Shown piece by piece: positions 1-13,618 of a stretch of 64,000 nt of DNA. This DNA is from Octopus vulgaris. Its lineage: Eukaryota. The number at the start of each line of letters is the position of its first letter. Within the stretch, counting starts at the first letter, position 1. The notes beneath the pieces are model-generated. The model did no database searches. It saw only the letters and a list, made by a program, of their open reading frames with translations, and had not been told where the DNA came from. Made by a program: the position numbers and the translations under genes. Location of the stretch: assembly GCA_951406725.2 (NCBI GenBank), contig OX597816.1:175460001-175524000 (forward strand), read 5' to 3'.

Positions 1-806
1 TCAAAGCATCCCAGATGTGACCATCCAGTCTTTTGCCTATGTGCAAGGAAGCAAAGACCACATTATCTAATGAATCCTTTTCTAAGCCACTGGGATGTGA
101 GTTGAGAAAGATATGGTTACTATTTTTAGCAGGTTAAGTGACCACATAGTGGCTACTGTCATTGCCTCACAGGCAGTTGATCCATTGCTCCTAATATATC
201 TAGGTCCTGCCTACTTGAGGACCACACTGCATATCATATGAAAGCTGGGCTTTTCCTCCAGAGCCCAGTTTGTTCCTATACTTCATCCATACACATCTAC
301 CTCCTGGTTGTGCTTAAACGAGAAGTAAACAAATTAGATTCTATCAGAGTGAAACAATTATAGTTCCCCTGCACTTACCATTGATGCTGTGCTTTCTTTG
401 GAGCTGACGAGGCTATTGATACAGCGGCTATTTTTGTGTGTAAGCATTTTATATTTGCCTGGCCTATTAGGCAGGAATAGAGTTGTTAGGATTGTTATGT
501 AGTGGTGATATGGGGTATTGTAGATATGTATGGATGAAATAAAAGGGATGGTATTTTTTTTATTAGTATTGTAGTATTATTCTGGAGAGATGCAGATATG
601 TGTGAACTGAGTGGGAGAACTGATGTAAGACAAAGCAGCCAGTGAAAAGAAGAGTCTAATAAGGGAGTTAGTTGCAAGGGAAGGATACATTTCCAATACA
701 TCATTGAGAACTTACACAATGATATTGTGATAAATCTAACAGTTGAGGACTTATATTTAAGAAATTAGGGGTCAGAGAAGAGATAAATAAGCTCATTAAA
801 CAAAAC

Positions 807-896
807 CTTTTTTCCTTCAGGAAGACTGGGATCCTGGGTGATAATGATTGATTTAGCTTCTTCAAGGTTCTTCTCTCGTCTTTCTTGATCTTCAGC
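807..896 (-). CDS. NARS1: Asparaginyl-tRNA synthetase (cytoplasmic), coding exon 5; gene continues beyond left edge
   Basis: ttcag acceptor, GT donor, 90 nt, phase 0/0; AEDQERREKNLEEAKSIIITQDPSLPEGKK resembles the eukaryotic AsnRS N-terminal extension (AED..RREKNLEEAK.I.I..DPSLPE). Confidence 0.93.
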
Positions 897-1843
897 CTGA
901 AATTACAGAGATGAAAATTGTATAAAATTATATATCTCTATTTATGTATGTGTGTTTGTATGTTATAACTTCTTTTGTTATCACTGTTGGACAAAATTTT
1001 CTTTTGTTAAAAATTGTAGATTTGCATTTGATGTATTGGAGCAAATAGATTTATAGCTGACCATTGGACTACAAAATAAGAGGAGACCGAAGCAAGCACA
1101 GATCGAGTAATGATGCCTCCAATGGTGCCACAGTACAATGAGCACAAGATTAAATTGCTGGATGAAAAAACAACCATGAATTCAAACCTAACAAATCATT
1201 GTGCTGTGCCCCTAAATACAATCCATCCCTACTTCTTAATTGAGTGGAAGGACATCAATAAGTAAAACTAGTCGTTCCAATGCTATTATTACTTTCATAA
1301 TCATGAGTGCTTTAGGGCCCATTTTAACAAGCTGGCATGAGTTAATCAGGTCTGATATAAAGCATTTCACTAATTATCTAGATCAGTGATTCTCAACCAT
1401 ATTTTTTTTTTTTACCTATGAACCCCTTCGGTTATTATTTTACTCTGGTAGACCCCACCCCCATAGTCATTTGATGCTTACAAACTAATTTCATAGATAC
1501 TTCTTTCAAAATTCCCATTTTGTTTTTCACACATTCACTTGTGGAGGCTGGATTATGTAAAATGTTAGAGAAAGAAACCTAGCTGTTTCTTGCAAAATTT
1601 TTTCTTTGCCTATGTGGATCCCCAAAAGTGTGAACCCCCAGGGGTCACATGAACCCTGGTTGAGAACCACTGAGCTAGGTCTTTCAACAACAATGTAAAC
1701 ATACTCATTCACAGGGTCTATCACATTTGTAATAACATGGAAAATAGGTATAAACAATAACATAAAGATGAGGGAAGGAGTAGTAAGGAGAAAGAAAAGA
1801 AAAAAGAAAATTTGTTAAAGCTTTTTCAGGAAAAAAAAATTAC

Positions 1844-1936
1844 TTCTTTTCTTTCAGCTTCTTTCGACTTCATCTGTTCTCTTTCATACTGTTTCATTTG
1901 CTTTTTTACTTGGCTCTTAGCAGCGTCCTCCCACTT
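1844..1936 (-). CDS. NARS1: Asparaginyl-tRNA synthetase, coding exon 4
   Basis: ttgcag acceptor, GTAATT donor, 93 nt; KWEDAAKSQVKKQMKQYEREQMKSKEAERKE matches W...KSQ.K..K...REQMKS motif. Confidence 0.93.
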
Positions 1937-3654
1937 CTGCAAAGAGTTTCACAATGAAAAAAAAATTGAACATATTTATGTATTTTAAAATAAGTTTAAA
2001 TACAAGAAGGAAAGACATTTAAAAACTAGAAAAAGAATAAACTAATTAAATACTTCATTTCCAATGCAAAAACAAAAAAATACAAGATTTGAGGAAGAAT
2101 TTTACGTAGAATGTTAGTCTTTCAATTTTAGTTTCTTTGATCTCATTTTTAAGATGGTAAGAGAAATAAAAACATAGCCACACTATCAACACTTTCACCA
2201 GGGACTGAAACCCATAGAAAAATCTAAATTGAACTCCACACTGCTAATTCCTGTAACAATTAGCTATTTCTACCCTCTGATACCAACTTGCAATTACATG
2301 AATAAACTACTGAGACATAAGTTAGTTTAGTGTAGTCGTCCTTCTGGATACTTCAATGATTTCACGCAAGCACACGATCCATCGCAGTCTCCCATGCATC
2401 TTTTTAATTCATCAACATTTACCATTCCACTGTCCAGGAGCAAATTGTCCACATAGGTTAGATGTTTTCTTCCCCTGTTGATTCTTGCTTCAACTGATTG
2501 CCACAATGCCAGTTGACACATGGGTTAAAGGTCTATCACAGAGACAATTCAGTGAATTATAAAACATTGAGGTATCTACTTGCAATTTAGTGGACTGGAT
2601 TGTTGAAAGTTTTGGTAATCATGTTTTTTCTCCTATAATTATTTGTGATCCCACCTCAAATCTTTTTCAGACATTTTCTAATGGGTACAGACAATATGAT
2701 ACTTTTTAATGAGAGCACATTGTTCATACCAGTGCAGCCATCTCTGCTACAAACCTTGTTGATGCATTTAATGAGCAGCCAGTCTCAGCTCATTTATATT
2801 CTGCCTCCCTTCGTGGGTTAATGAAAACAAACACAGGTGTATAAAATTTTAATTTAAATTTACATGTGGAAAGAGTGTTAATAAGCTTTTTTTTAAATTT
2901 TATCTTTTAGTCAGGAGGGAAGAAAGTGCCCAAGACTCTTTACCAGGTGCCTGCTAGACTGGTGGGAGGGTAGAATGTATCCTCAAACAAGAGATCTTGC
3001 CTAAATGTCAGATGGTGGCATTGAATCAGGCAATGGATTAAGTCTACCATCCAAGAAGGCCATTGTGGAATTTGAACTCAGAATGTAAAGACTCAGAGCA
3101 AATACCACAAGGTATCTGGTCCAACACTGTTACTGTTTTGCAAATTCATTACCCTGAATCATTTTTTGTTTTTTTTAATCAACTTTAAAAAAATGAAAAG
3201 CAAAATTTATCCAATAGGATTTAAATTCACACTGCAGAGAATCGGAACAAATACCACTAGGTATTCTGTCTGACAAATCAAACAATTCTCCATCTCCACA
3301 GAATTGTAAAAAATAATGGAAGCAACTAAATAGAGGACTTACTAAAAAAAACAACAATGGCAGGCAGACCAATACTGTTACATTGATCTGATGATTCAAG
3401 TATTATTCAAGACAACTTTGTTTCTTCAGCCATACACAGACACCTCAAAAGTAAACAGACACCCCTCAATATACCGGTTTAATTTGTGTAGGCACTAATT
3501 AGTACGATGCTGAAATGGGTTAAATCATTAAAACTGCACAAGACATGTCTACTAATTAATTGTTTAAATGCATCAAATGACATTTGGTTTCTAGAAATAA
3601 AATCTTTCAAAAAACAAAAGAAATAAGGTATCTATTTACTTTTGAGATGTCCAT

Positions 3655-3800
3655 GGGCATGGCTGTGTGGTTAGGGAGCTTGCTTCATAGCTACATGGTT
3701 TCGGGTTTAGTCCCACTGCGTGGTACTTTGGGTAGGTGTCTTCCACTATAGCCCCAAGCCGACCGGAGCTTTGTGATTGAATTCGGTAGGTGGAAGTTAT
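3655..3800 (+). mobile_element. tRNA-derived SINE, 5' part (family A)
   Basis: ggcatggctgtgtggtta...gggtttagtcccactgcgtgg, with A/B-box-like motifs shared by many copies in the window. Confidence 0.75.
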
Positions 3801-4286
3801 TGCCGTGTGTGTATGTGTGCGTATAGCTGCTCAGTGCCTCTCCAAAAGAGAGAGAGAGGGAAACACCAGATTGACAACAAAAGGTAGGTGTGATATGGCT
3901 GCAGTGAAACTAATGGTTCATAGGTTTGTGCTTTAACATTTTGATGGCTTGGTTGCCTAAGACATACAAGTTTAGTGTTTGGTTGCCAAATAGACAATAC
4001 TTACTTACCAGTGAAAACATCCAAGGTAAAGTAAAACTATGCCAGTTATCATCCAAAGTATGTCAACATAAAAGTTGGATTGGTAAAAGATTGAAAATAA
4101 TGGAAATTACCATTTAACTTGATCTCAATAGAAACTAACTCTCTCAGAAGAAGAAGAAGAAAGATGGGGAAGAAAACTGCAGCACAACAGTGAGTTTCTT
4201 AATGTTTGTTGTTAAATTCTGTGTTTGTGTGGGTGTAAGTTGATGCGAATGAATGTGCATGTAGAGAGTCTAACAAAGTTACTCAC

Positions 4287-4352
4287 CTTGTCAGCAGACG
4301 CTGAATCTACCTTGATGACTGGAGGTGGTGTAATAGAACAAGAGCGCAGAGC
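4287..4352 (-). CDS. NARS1: Asparaginyl-tRNA synthetase, coding exon 3
   Basis: ttttccag acceptor, GTGAGT donor, 66 nt; ALRSCSITPPPVIKVDSASADK matches AL....P.P.I.VDS. Confidence 0.9.
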
Positions 4353-6022
4353 CTGGAAAATAGGGAAAGAAACAGATACAGAAAATATGAAAACTTACTG
4401 CTTGCTATATAAGGGACAAATACAATTGGCTAGTAAAATTTATTACAATTAATATCAAGCATACTATCCTCTTGCAGCAACACTATTCTTCATGTTGTTA
4501 TGACTGACAAAAATTATCACTGTTGATCTGAGATCTACAATTTCTACTTTAAACTCCAACCATGTTCTAAGACTAAATAATTGTCATATTCTGACTGAAT
4601 CTACTGTGGCCACCACCAGAATCTACATATGTCTAGAAAGACTGGACAGTGAAGTCCATCATGTCCTAGTTAATTACAATAGATCTGTGGGTCTCAGTGG
4701 TTAGATTTACTTGCTGCATGCCAAAGGTCCACTGGAATAGAATTAGTCTAGGAGTACAAATAATTAATTTAGCTATCTTTGTTGAACACAATATATGCTG
4801 GAAACAATGAAGGAGTCCCTAAATCAATTTTCTAGGAATAGCAGTCATATCTCTTTCAAATCATACTCTCCTATATCAAAGAAGGAAGGACAGATTGGAT
4901 AATGTAAATACACGATGCCTTAATATTGAATAGTAATGGAATATCTGATTGAAAGTTACTTCATACAAATTTATCAGTGTTTAAACAATGACAACACTGG
5001 CAGCTGAATTAAAAATAAAGCATCTTTGCAATTTCTTGAACAGTTAAAAATCGCACCATATCATTCTGAGGTAGGACACACAGGATAATGTAGTTCTAAA
5101 CACACTATACCTGAAAAAAGCACTGGATAGTGGTGGTTGGAATACCTTTAATGAAAGCTGAATTAAACAACTTAAAGGCTAATCTTTAGGTAAACAATAA
5201 CAATTGTAGAAGTTTAAGAGGGTATCAGGAATAGAAAGTGTTATTACTTGTGTCCATAATCCTAAACTTACTAAACTAGTTGACTTGGGAATTTCTAATA
5301 TTCTCTCTCTACTTAGTTGACAAAAAATACTGCTACTTTGAGATAATCACTCACAGAAGTAATGAGAATATAAAATTTGACTACAACTTGATAGTACCGA
5401 GACATATATGACAACATAAATGTCTCAGTAGTATCAAGGCAGAAGACCAGCAATTTTGAAAGGAAGGAGTTCGTCAAATACATCAATCCTAGTATTTGAT
5501 GAGTACTCTGTTTTCTCTATCCCAAAGAGTGACAAAGTTGACCTTGGTAGAATTTGAATTTAGAATGCAGACAGTCAGAAGAAATACCACAAAGCATTTC
5601 TTATGATGCTTTAAAAATTCTGGAAATTCATCACCTTACATAATAATTGTTTCTAACAAAGGCACAGGGTCTGAAATGTAACCCTTTAGCTTTTAACCCA
5701 GTCATATTCAGCCCAAATATTCTACAAGTATTATGTTCAAACTAGCCAGATCCAGCCTCTCACACCTACCCTGCAATGTCATTCTAAAAATAAGCAGTTA
5801 CATCATCAAACTCTCAGAACTATGAGGTAATGCATGATTAATTCAAATCAATGTGAATAGATAAGCATTACATTTGACAGATATCAAAATGCTAAAGGGT
5901 TAAGGAGATGGGATTAAGTAAAGTTGAGTTGTGTAGGATTTGAGCAGAGAATATAAAGTGACAAAAAGGAATACTGCAAGGCATTTTGCCCAACACTAAT
6001 AATTCTGCCTTGCATATATATA

Positions 6023-6572
6023 TCTATATAAATAAAAGTGAAATTCTGTCGGTCTCTGTCCATCTGAGTCTACATTTACTTTACATAGACATATAATATC
6101 TCTTTGAAATCAGGATGACCTAGGATTGAAAATCTGACCTTCATTCAGTTCTTGAACATTCAACATTGGGATCTGGTGTAAGAGCATTTGGGTTGCTATT
6201 TCTAGCAGGTAAAACAACCATGGGAGGTTTCAAACGAACCTTCCTTAGCTATAATAATAAACATGACATTCTGTGTCAGAAAACTGACGAAAACCTTTTG
6301 AATTTAATAGCAAAACTTTGTGACAGTTAATTTTGTCACATACAATAAATGCAACATTCTGTCTGTCAACCAAGAATGTTGTTCATCCGGCTGCTTTACA
6401 GTGATCTCCATATGTCATAATGTTACAAAATTCTCCAAATGTGATACTCTGTAATATAAATCTTAGATGCTAGGATACCAATAAACGTTTTATTACTATT
6501 GCTCTCTTCAGTTTAGTCCTCCTCTGCAGGAGCCATCGAAAAAGTTTGCACAGAGAGCGGCTTTTAAGCTAG
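6023..6572 (+). mobile_element. Possible non-autonomous Helitron-like element
   Basis: Starts a|TCTATATAAATAAAA, ends CTAG|t after a weak GC hairpin. Confidence 0.4.
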
Positions 6573-7059
6573 TTTTTAATATTCTTTTCAACTTTCGCAA
6601 ATCAATCGAAGCATTTGATTACAGTTGTTACTCTCACTAACACAGTCATGTTCTAGCAACTGTTTTACTTTACAAGCCCTGTAATTTAAAGAAGCTTAAC
6701 CATTTAGCATTCATTTCATTCGGTCAAATCTGATGCTTTTTCAGTCAAATTGCTTTTAATGAACAATGCATTATTTTGTAGTTTCGAAATCTTGACAATG
6801 TGATTGCATATTTTTAGAATGGCATTGAAGTGTAGGTGCAATAGGCAGCATCTGTCTGGTTAAAACAAAAAAGAAAAGAAAAAAAAAACCAGATAGAATA
6901 TTTGGGCTGGATATGGCCAGTTAAAGAGAATGATCTGAGCTTATTTGTCAGAAATGTGGAACAAGCAAATTCAGAGACAAAGTCTTCATGTAACAGTGAT
7001 GATAAATGGAAAAATAATTTCCAACTTCTAATTCAAATTTCTTTTAAATGTCTAAAGTT

Positions 7060-7245
7060 TACCTACCTACCTACCTACCATCCATCCATCCCTCCCTCCC
7101 TCCCTCCCACCCACCCTCCCTTCCTTTCTTTCTTTCTTTCTTCCTTCCTTCCTTTCTTTCTTTCTTCCTTCCTTCCTTCCTTTCTTTCTCTCTTTCTCTC
7201 ACTCACTCACTCACTCACTCACTCACACACACACTCACACACACA

Positions 7246-7293
<48 letters not shown>

Positions 7294-7300
7294 CATATAT
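7060..7300. repeat. Compound microsatellite (ACCT)(CCAT)(CCCT)(CTTT)(CACT)(CA)(TA)
   Basis: Directly visible. Confidence 0.95.
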
Positions 7301-7630
7301 AATAAAATATTAATTAGAGACAAAACCACTATTATGCAAATCACACAAAGAAAGACTTAATCCAATACATAAAAATTTTTTATATAAATTAAATAAAATT
7401 AAGTTATCCACTACAATTGTTTCCTGTTATTTCTAAGGACATTCATCACTTAATTTTATTTAATTTATATAAAATTTTTTATGTATTGGATTAAGTCTTT
7501 CTTTGTTTGATTTGCATAATAGTGGTTTTGTCTCTAATTAATATTTTATTATATTTTACTATAAAATTGGATTCAATCCTAAATCTGATTTTCCCTGTAA
7601 ATTTGGATTTATTCCCTAATATTTATTATT
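7298..7630 (-). mobile_element. Penelope-like terminal fragment with inverted arms
   Basis: ~105-bp inverted arms (about 7298-7404 / 7448-7553); end motif aattagaga.aa.accactattatg shared with 11505 and 51735; flanked by (TA)n; truncated hammerhead motif in the spacer. Confidence 0.7.
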
Positions 7631-7871
7631 ATATACATATATATATATAAAACAACTGACTGGTTCCAGTAATTCTCTGTATTTATAGTACTATCGAAAT
7701 TCTTTAAGTTCAAAATGTTTTGATTCTATTAAAGACACCAGTACCACTTCCTATAGCATTGATTCTGTGATAAAACTACAATGCCCCACCCATAGCTATT
7801 AGCTTTCTTCTTCAGACACAAGGGTTGGTCTTAGGTAAAAAAAAAAATACATAAAATGGTTAAAACTTAAC

Positions 7872-7957
7872 CTGGAGGATTGTGGCAAAGGGATTCTCTT
7901 CACTACCATCACCTTTTTCATCTGACCCATGCAACTTTGATGTGTAAACGATTGGTC
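7872..7957 (-). CDS. NARS1: Asparaginyl-tRNA synthetase, coding exon 2
   Basis: tatttcag acceptor, GTTAAG donor, 86 nt (phase 1/0); PIVYTSKLHGSDEKGDGSEENPFATILQ matches Y.S...GSD..GDG..E.PF.T. Confidence 0.93.
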
Positions 7958-8057
7958 CTGAAATAGAAAATGAGAGAAAATATATTATTTGCACGAATTG
8001 TAGAAGCTAATGCCTCAATATTCCCCACCTTCAAATTCTTGATGCCTATTCCTTTAC

Positions 8058-8465
8058 CCCTTTACTTGTTTCAGTCATTTGACTGCGGCCATGCTGGAGC
8101 ACTGCCTTTAGTCAAGCAAATCGACCCCGGGACTTATTCTTTGTAAGCCTAGTACTTATTCTATCGGTCTCTTCTGCTAAACCGCTAAGTGACGGGGACG
8201 TAAACACACCAGCATCGGTTGTCAAGCAATGCCAGGGGGGACAAACACAGACACACAAACACACACACATACATATATATATATATGTATATATATATAT
8301 ACGACAGGCTTCTTTCAGTTTCCGTCTACCAAATCCACTCACAAGGCATTGGTCGGCCCGGGGCTATAGCAGAAGACACTTGCCCAAGATGCCACGCAGT
8401 GGGACTGAACCCGGAACCATGTGGTTGGTTAGCAAGCTACTTACCACACAGCCACTCCTGCGCCT
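8058..8465 (-). mobile_element. Full-length tRNA-derived SINE (family A) with internal (TA)/(CA) tract
   Basis: Reverse complement starts ggcgcaggagtggctgtgtggtaag and ends ...cagtcaaatgactgaaacaagtaa. Confidence 0.85.
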
Positions 8466-9466
8466 ATATTGGTCAGGGTAACCAATGTATCGGCCCCTGT
8501 GTGTACAGGCCTCTGCAAACTTGATTTTGTGGAAGACCAGCTGCTGCCCTGTATGCATATCTTTTCTGTCTAAGCTACAAATGTTGACCAAAGAAAAAGC
8601 AAAGTAAAGGCCGATACAACTTGGTACCAGTGTTGTCATTATTGTAACAGTTACCAAGGGTCACCAAACTAGAAGGGTGTGGTGACCCTGTGCATGCTGA
8701 CCAATAAATGTCAACTGCTGGGATGGCATAAACATCACAGTCTCAGCCTTGATACCTGTCATGACTGACCCCATCATTGCAGCCAGGATGTGCCCTGCAC
8801 CTGTCCGAATGAGTTGCTGGCATTGAGAAGTGATGGCAGCACTGAATACCGAACATTGTTTCATTTGTCTCCCTGGCATGAACCTGGTATGAACCTGCAA
8901 GCAGATATGGTCAAGTCCACCAAGTCCTCTCAAGATTAAATGTAACAAAATGATGTTTTGCATTGCCAAACACTTCATTCTAGACTAGCAGAGATACCCA
9001 GCATAGTTTTTCATTGTTTGACTTGTTTTGGTTAAGTGGAAGAGGCCATCCTAAGTCAAAGAGATCGATACCAGGATTTATTCTTTGTAAGCCTATACAT
9101 TAGAGCCTTAGGCCAACCAAAGGTTTCTGAGTGTACTTTGTACATGGAAACTGAATAAAAACTGTTGTATATGTGTGTGTGACTGTGTTTCTACTCCCAC
9201 CGTTGTTTGACAACCAGTATTACTGTGTTTATGTCCCCACAACTTAGCTGTTTGCGAAGACATCCTGATAGAATAAGTACTAGGCTTACAAAGAATAAAT
9301 CATGGGGTCGATTTCTTTGACTAAAGGCGGTGCTCTAGGATGGCCTCTCTCACATGACCAAAACAAATATATATATATACATCATATACACACACACATA
9401 TATATATCATACACACACACACATATATATATGAATAGTATTTTTCAGTGTCTTTCTAGCATAGCT

Positions 9467-9505
<39 letters not shown>

Positions 9506-9510
<5 letters not shown>

Positions 9511-10488
9511 CATCATCATCATTTAGCGTCCGTTTTCCATGCTAGCATGGGTTGGACAGTTCAACTGGGGTCTGGGGAGCCCGAAGGCTGCACCAGGCCA
9601 GTCAGATATGGCAGTGTTTCTACAGCTGGATGCCCTTCCTAACGCCAACCACTCTGAGAGTGTAGTGGGTGATTTTATGTGCCACCAACACAGGTGCCAG
9701 ACGAGGCTGGCGAACGGCCACGCTCGGATGGTGTTTTTTATGTGCCACCGACACAGGTGCCAGACGAGGCTGGCAGACGGCCACGCTCGGATGGTGTTTT
9801 TATGTGCCACCGACACAGGTGCCAGATGAGGCTGGCGAACGGCCACGATCGGATGGTGTTTGTTACGTGCCCACAGCACGGAGGCCAGTTGATGCGGTAC
9901 TGGCTACGGCCACGTTCGGATGGTTTTCTTGTGTGCCACCGGCACTGGTACCACAAAGATACAAATTCCATTGATGTTAATCTATTTTGATTTCTTTTGA
10001 TTTTCACTTGCCTCAACAGGTCTTCACAAGTGTCACAAGAAGGAAGGTATGCACAGGTGGACTGACTACGTCCCAGGTAGGGGCCACGGGTTATGGCCTG
10101 ACTAGTCTTGCCGGGTCTTCGGATGGTGTTTTTATGTGCCACCGAAACAGGTGCCAAATGAGGCTGGCGAATGGCCACGATCGGAATGGTGTTTGTTACG
10201 TGCCCACAGCACGGAGGCCAGTCGATGCGGTACTGGCTACGGCCACGTTCGGATGGTTTTCTTGTGTGCCACAAAGATACAAATTCCATTGATGTTCATC
10301 TATTTTGATTTCTTTTGATTTGATTTGATTTTCACTTGCCTCAACAGGTCTTCACAAGTGTCACAAGAAGGAAGGAAAGTATGCACAGGTGGACTGACTA
10401 CGTCCCAGGTAGGGGCCACGGGTTATGGCCTGACTAGTCTTGCCGGGTCTTCGGATGGTGTTTTTATGTGCCACCGACACAGGTGCCA
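9506..10488 (-). mobile_element. RTE LINE 3' UTR fragment with (GAT)n tail, internal ~62-bp minisatellite and 332-bp tandem duplication
   Basis: Same terminus as 15840, 27646, 36080, 61075, 63812; anchor ggatggtgtttttatgtgccacc at 9789, 10121, 10453. Confidence 0.8.
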
Positions 10489-10715
10489 AAATCATATCAT
10501 AGGGGAATGGAATTTAATTAAAATTAAATTCCATTTCCCTTTGATATGATTAAATAATGTAAGTTTTTGGATAATTTTCGGTTAATAAGTTGGCGGTTTT
10601 TATTGTAGCCAACGAAGGACTGCGTCTGCACAGTAAAGTTGAGAAGTTAGTTCGTATAAACACGAAACAGGTAGCCTTGTTTGTCTCGTGTGGATATGTT
10701 TAGCACTAGGTTGGA

Positions 10716-10789
10716 CCTGCTGAAGAAAATCAAACCTTGTGAGTCCTCCATGACTCGCTAAAAGATGATTAGAAACCAATTGGTCCAGG
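10716..10789 (+). ncRNA. Minimal type I hammerhead ribozyme motif
   Basis: cctg-CTGAAGA-a-aatca..tgatt-a-GAA-ACCAATTGGT-C-cagg; stem I cctg/cagg, palindromic stem III, GUC site at 10783-10785. Confidence 0.75.
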
Positions 10790-10938
10790 AAACTAGATGG
10801 TAAACGTTTTTCATTTCCAAACTTACCCCTGTCGAATTTTATCCCGAATTTTTTGTGGTCATAGAACTTAGCTATTCTTTCTAGCGTGTAGAATTCCTAT
10901 AAGTGGATTCTCTATGTGTTTAAATATACACTATATCG

Positions 10939-10974
<36 letters not shown>

Positions 10975-10981
10975 TATTTAT

Positions 10982-11027
<46 letters not shown>

Positions 11028-11034
11028 TATATAT

Positions 11035-11073
<39 letters not shown>

Positions 11074-11079
11074 TCGTTT

Positions 11080-11476
11080 ACTCTTTTACTTGTTTCAGTC
11101 ATTTCACTGTGACCATGCTGGAGCAATGCCTTTAGTCGAACAAATCAACCCCAGGACTTATTCTTTGTAAGCCTAATACTTATTCTATTGGTCTCTTTTG
11201 AGACCGATAGAATCAGGGATGTAAACACACCAGTATTGGTTGTCAAGCGATGTTGGGGGGACAAATACAGACACACAAACATATATACACACATACTTAT
11301 ATATACATATATATGATGGGCTTCTTTCAGTTTCTGTCTACCAAATCCATTCACAAGGCTTTTGTTGGCCTGAGGCTACAGTAGAAGACACTTGCCCAAG
11401 GTACCACACAGTTGGACTGAACCCAGAACTATGTGGTTCGTAAGCAAGCTACTTACCACACAGACACTCCTACGCC
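11080..11476 (-). mobile_element. tRNA-derived SINE (family A)
   Basis: Homologous to 8058-8465. Confidence 0.85.
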
Positions 11477-11645
11477 TATTTATATTTATATCATATATAT
11501 ATATAAATTAGAGAACAACCACTATTATGTAATTCAAACAATGATAGACGTAAATCATACCATATAGAAAAAATAAAATATGATAAAACATTTACCTAGA
11601 TCACAATAAAGTACATAATAATAAACAGTATATAATTAATAAATA

Positions 11646-11745
11646 GACTACGTACATTTCATGGCTATATCTTCAATTCGAATTACATTTAGATTTAATC
11701 GATCCAAAAACAATTCAATTTAAAAGTATAGTCACTCCTCAGGTC
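11646..11745 (-). ncRNA. Minimal type I hammerhead ribozyme motif
   Basis: gac-CTGAGGA-gtgactata..tatagccat-GAA-ATGTACGT-A-gtc; near-palindromic stem III, GUA site. Confidence 0.65.
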
Positions 11746-13528
11746 AACAATAATAACAATAATAGTTAAATAAATACATATTTTTAATAAATAATCAAAT
11801 AGAATTAAAGAATATTTCTTAAAGAAAGAATTAAACAATATTTCTTAAAGAAATAAAAACATGATTCTTCTTATAGAAGAAATTCCATTAAGTTAGGACC
11901 AAGTGTTTATGATAAATTTATCACATTAAAAACCTAACGTAAAAAAATAGAGTAAATAGATAAAAATATGTATTTTATCTGTGAAGATATATTTTAACTT
12001 TGAGAATAGTATATGTTTACTGGAAAAATATGAGTCCAATTAATTAAAATAAAAATACTTAAAATAAATCATATACTTAAGTTAAGCTAGATTACTATAA
12101 TTTAATCTATATTCATTAATTAATTAAATTATATATTTATTTGTTAATTAAATAGACATCTAATTTGATCCAATTCTAACTATGTACTAAACCCTACACA
12201 AACATGTGTAGACTGATAATATATCTTATATCAACAATGCTGCAGCCATAATCCTGCAATAGTATTTTGTATATATTTCAAAAATATACTCACAAATAAT
12301 TTAAACTTATTATATAATTAAATTGTCTAGAACTAAAATTTTGCTCATTGATAGAATAAACAAAGTATTTATTTTTATTATTAAATTCATATAAAGAAAA
12401 AAAAACAACTTTACCCTACACTATAATATTTTACGTTACAAACTATTTCACAAAACAACCATAAATAATACTTTTAGATTTTAGTTCACTATAATAATTA
12501 TAATAATAAGAATAATTAAATAAATGTACATATCTTAAATTATAATTAACAAATAAAAAGATTAGAAATATATATTTTTAAAATCAATAATCATATAAAT
12601 TTCACATTATTTCTTAAATAAAATGTATACTTATTTTTTCAAAGATATTTTTATGAACTAAAAAATTTTAAATTAAAAACGTATAATTTAGTGTTTATAT
12701 GTCTAGATCTAATTATCAAGAATAGACTTGCTAAGCCAGCCAATATCCAACTTGGTTGGGCATATAAGTCTCACAGTAGGGTTATCCTGGAAGTTCTCCT
12801 TGTGGTCCTTCAGGTTAATTCTAGGTTCGCTTGACGTTAGTGGCTCTGTTCGGTCTGACAAGTCATATTCCATCATAACTTCCTTGATTTTCAAACTGAA
12901 ATCTAATAGATTCGTTTTTGAATCTATTTCGTGTTGAGTTCCTTCATTGCAAGTTTACTATAAGTCAAACCTATGTAAGTTTCTGGTTTTATCTGCTGGG
13001 ACCAGAATGCTTGGTTTGTTATGCAATGACTTTATAGATTCCTTTAGTTTTCTCAGGTGTAAGTTATTTCTAAGCGGGTGTTCCTTGAATTTGACATTAG
13101 TAATAAGCTCAAATAAATATTTTTCAAAATTTTCTAGTAGTGGATTTGGTGGTGGTGGATTTTTTCTGCTTTTGAATATCTTTTTATAATAATTATTCTT
13201 ATGTGTTTCGAGAGATTCATTTTTCTTTTTAGTATCATGATGGTAAGCAATCCACCTTACTTGTCGAATAAATTCATTTGTTCTATGGATTAGTAGCCAC
13301 ATAGAGGTGTCTTTACTATGTAAGGGGATGTCCTTCTGAGAAAATTCTATATTTACCTTTTCCATCCTGCTGAAAATTAAGTACCAGAAATATACTCTAG
13401 GTATGGTAGATGAGTTCAGTAAAAAATTTAGATTCAGATGAATATGGTACTTAAGTTGAGGCACCAGAATTTAGTATGGTATTATCCATACAATTTCAAA
13501 ATAAGCAACAAGGATATCCAGAGGTAAT

Positions 13529-13618
13529 GCAGTACGATCGTTTCATGCGACTCCATTTAATTGAACAATGCAATCATTTTATTACATCAATTTAAAATGT
13601 AGAGCAATCTTCAGTTGT
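13529..13618 (-). ncRNA. Minimal type I hammerhead ribozyme motif (stem I with mismatch)
   Basis: caa-CTGAAGA-ttgc..gcat-GAA-ACGATCGT-A-ctg; palindromic stem III. Confidence 0.6.

Noticed and set aside
379-458. Possible next NARS1 exon (minus strand, strong GTAAGT donor)
   Set aside because: Translation ANIKCLHTKIAAVSIASSAPKKAQHQ does not match the expected KI......RV.V.GWVHRLRRQG; probably a cryptic site, with the true exon outside the window
8380-8465. tRNA genes at SINE heads
   Set aside because: A/B-box heads continue into a shared SINE body with a microsatellite; no complete cloverleaf recognised
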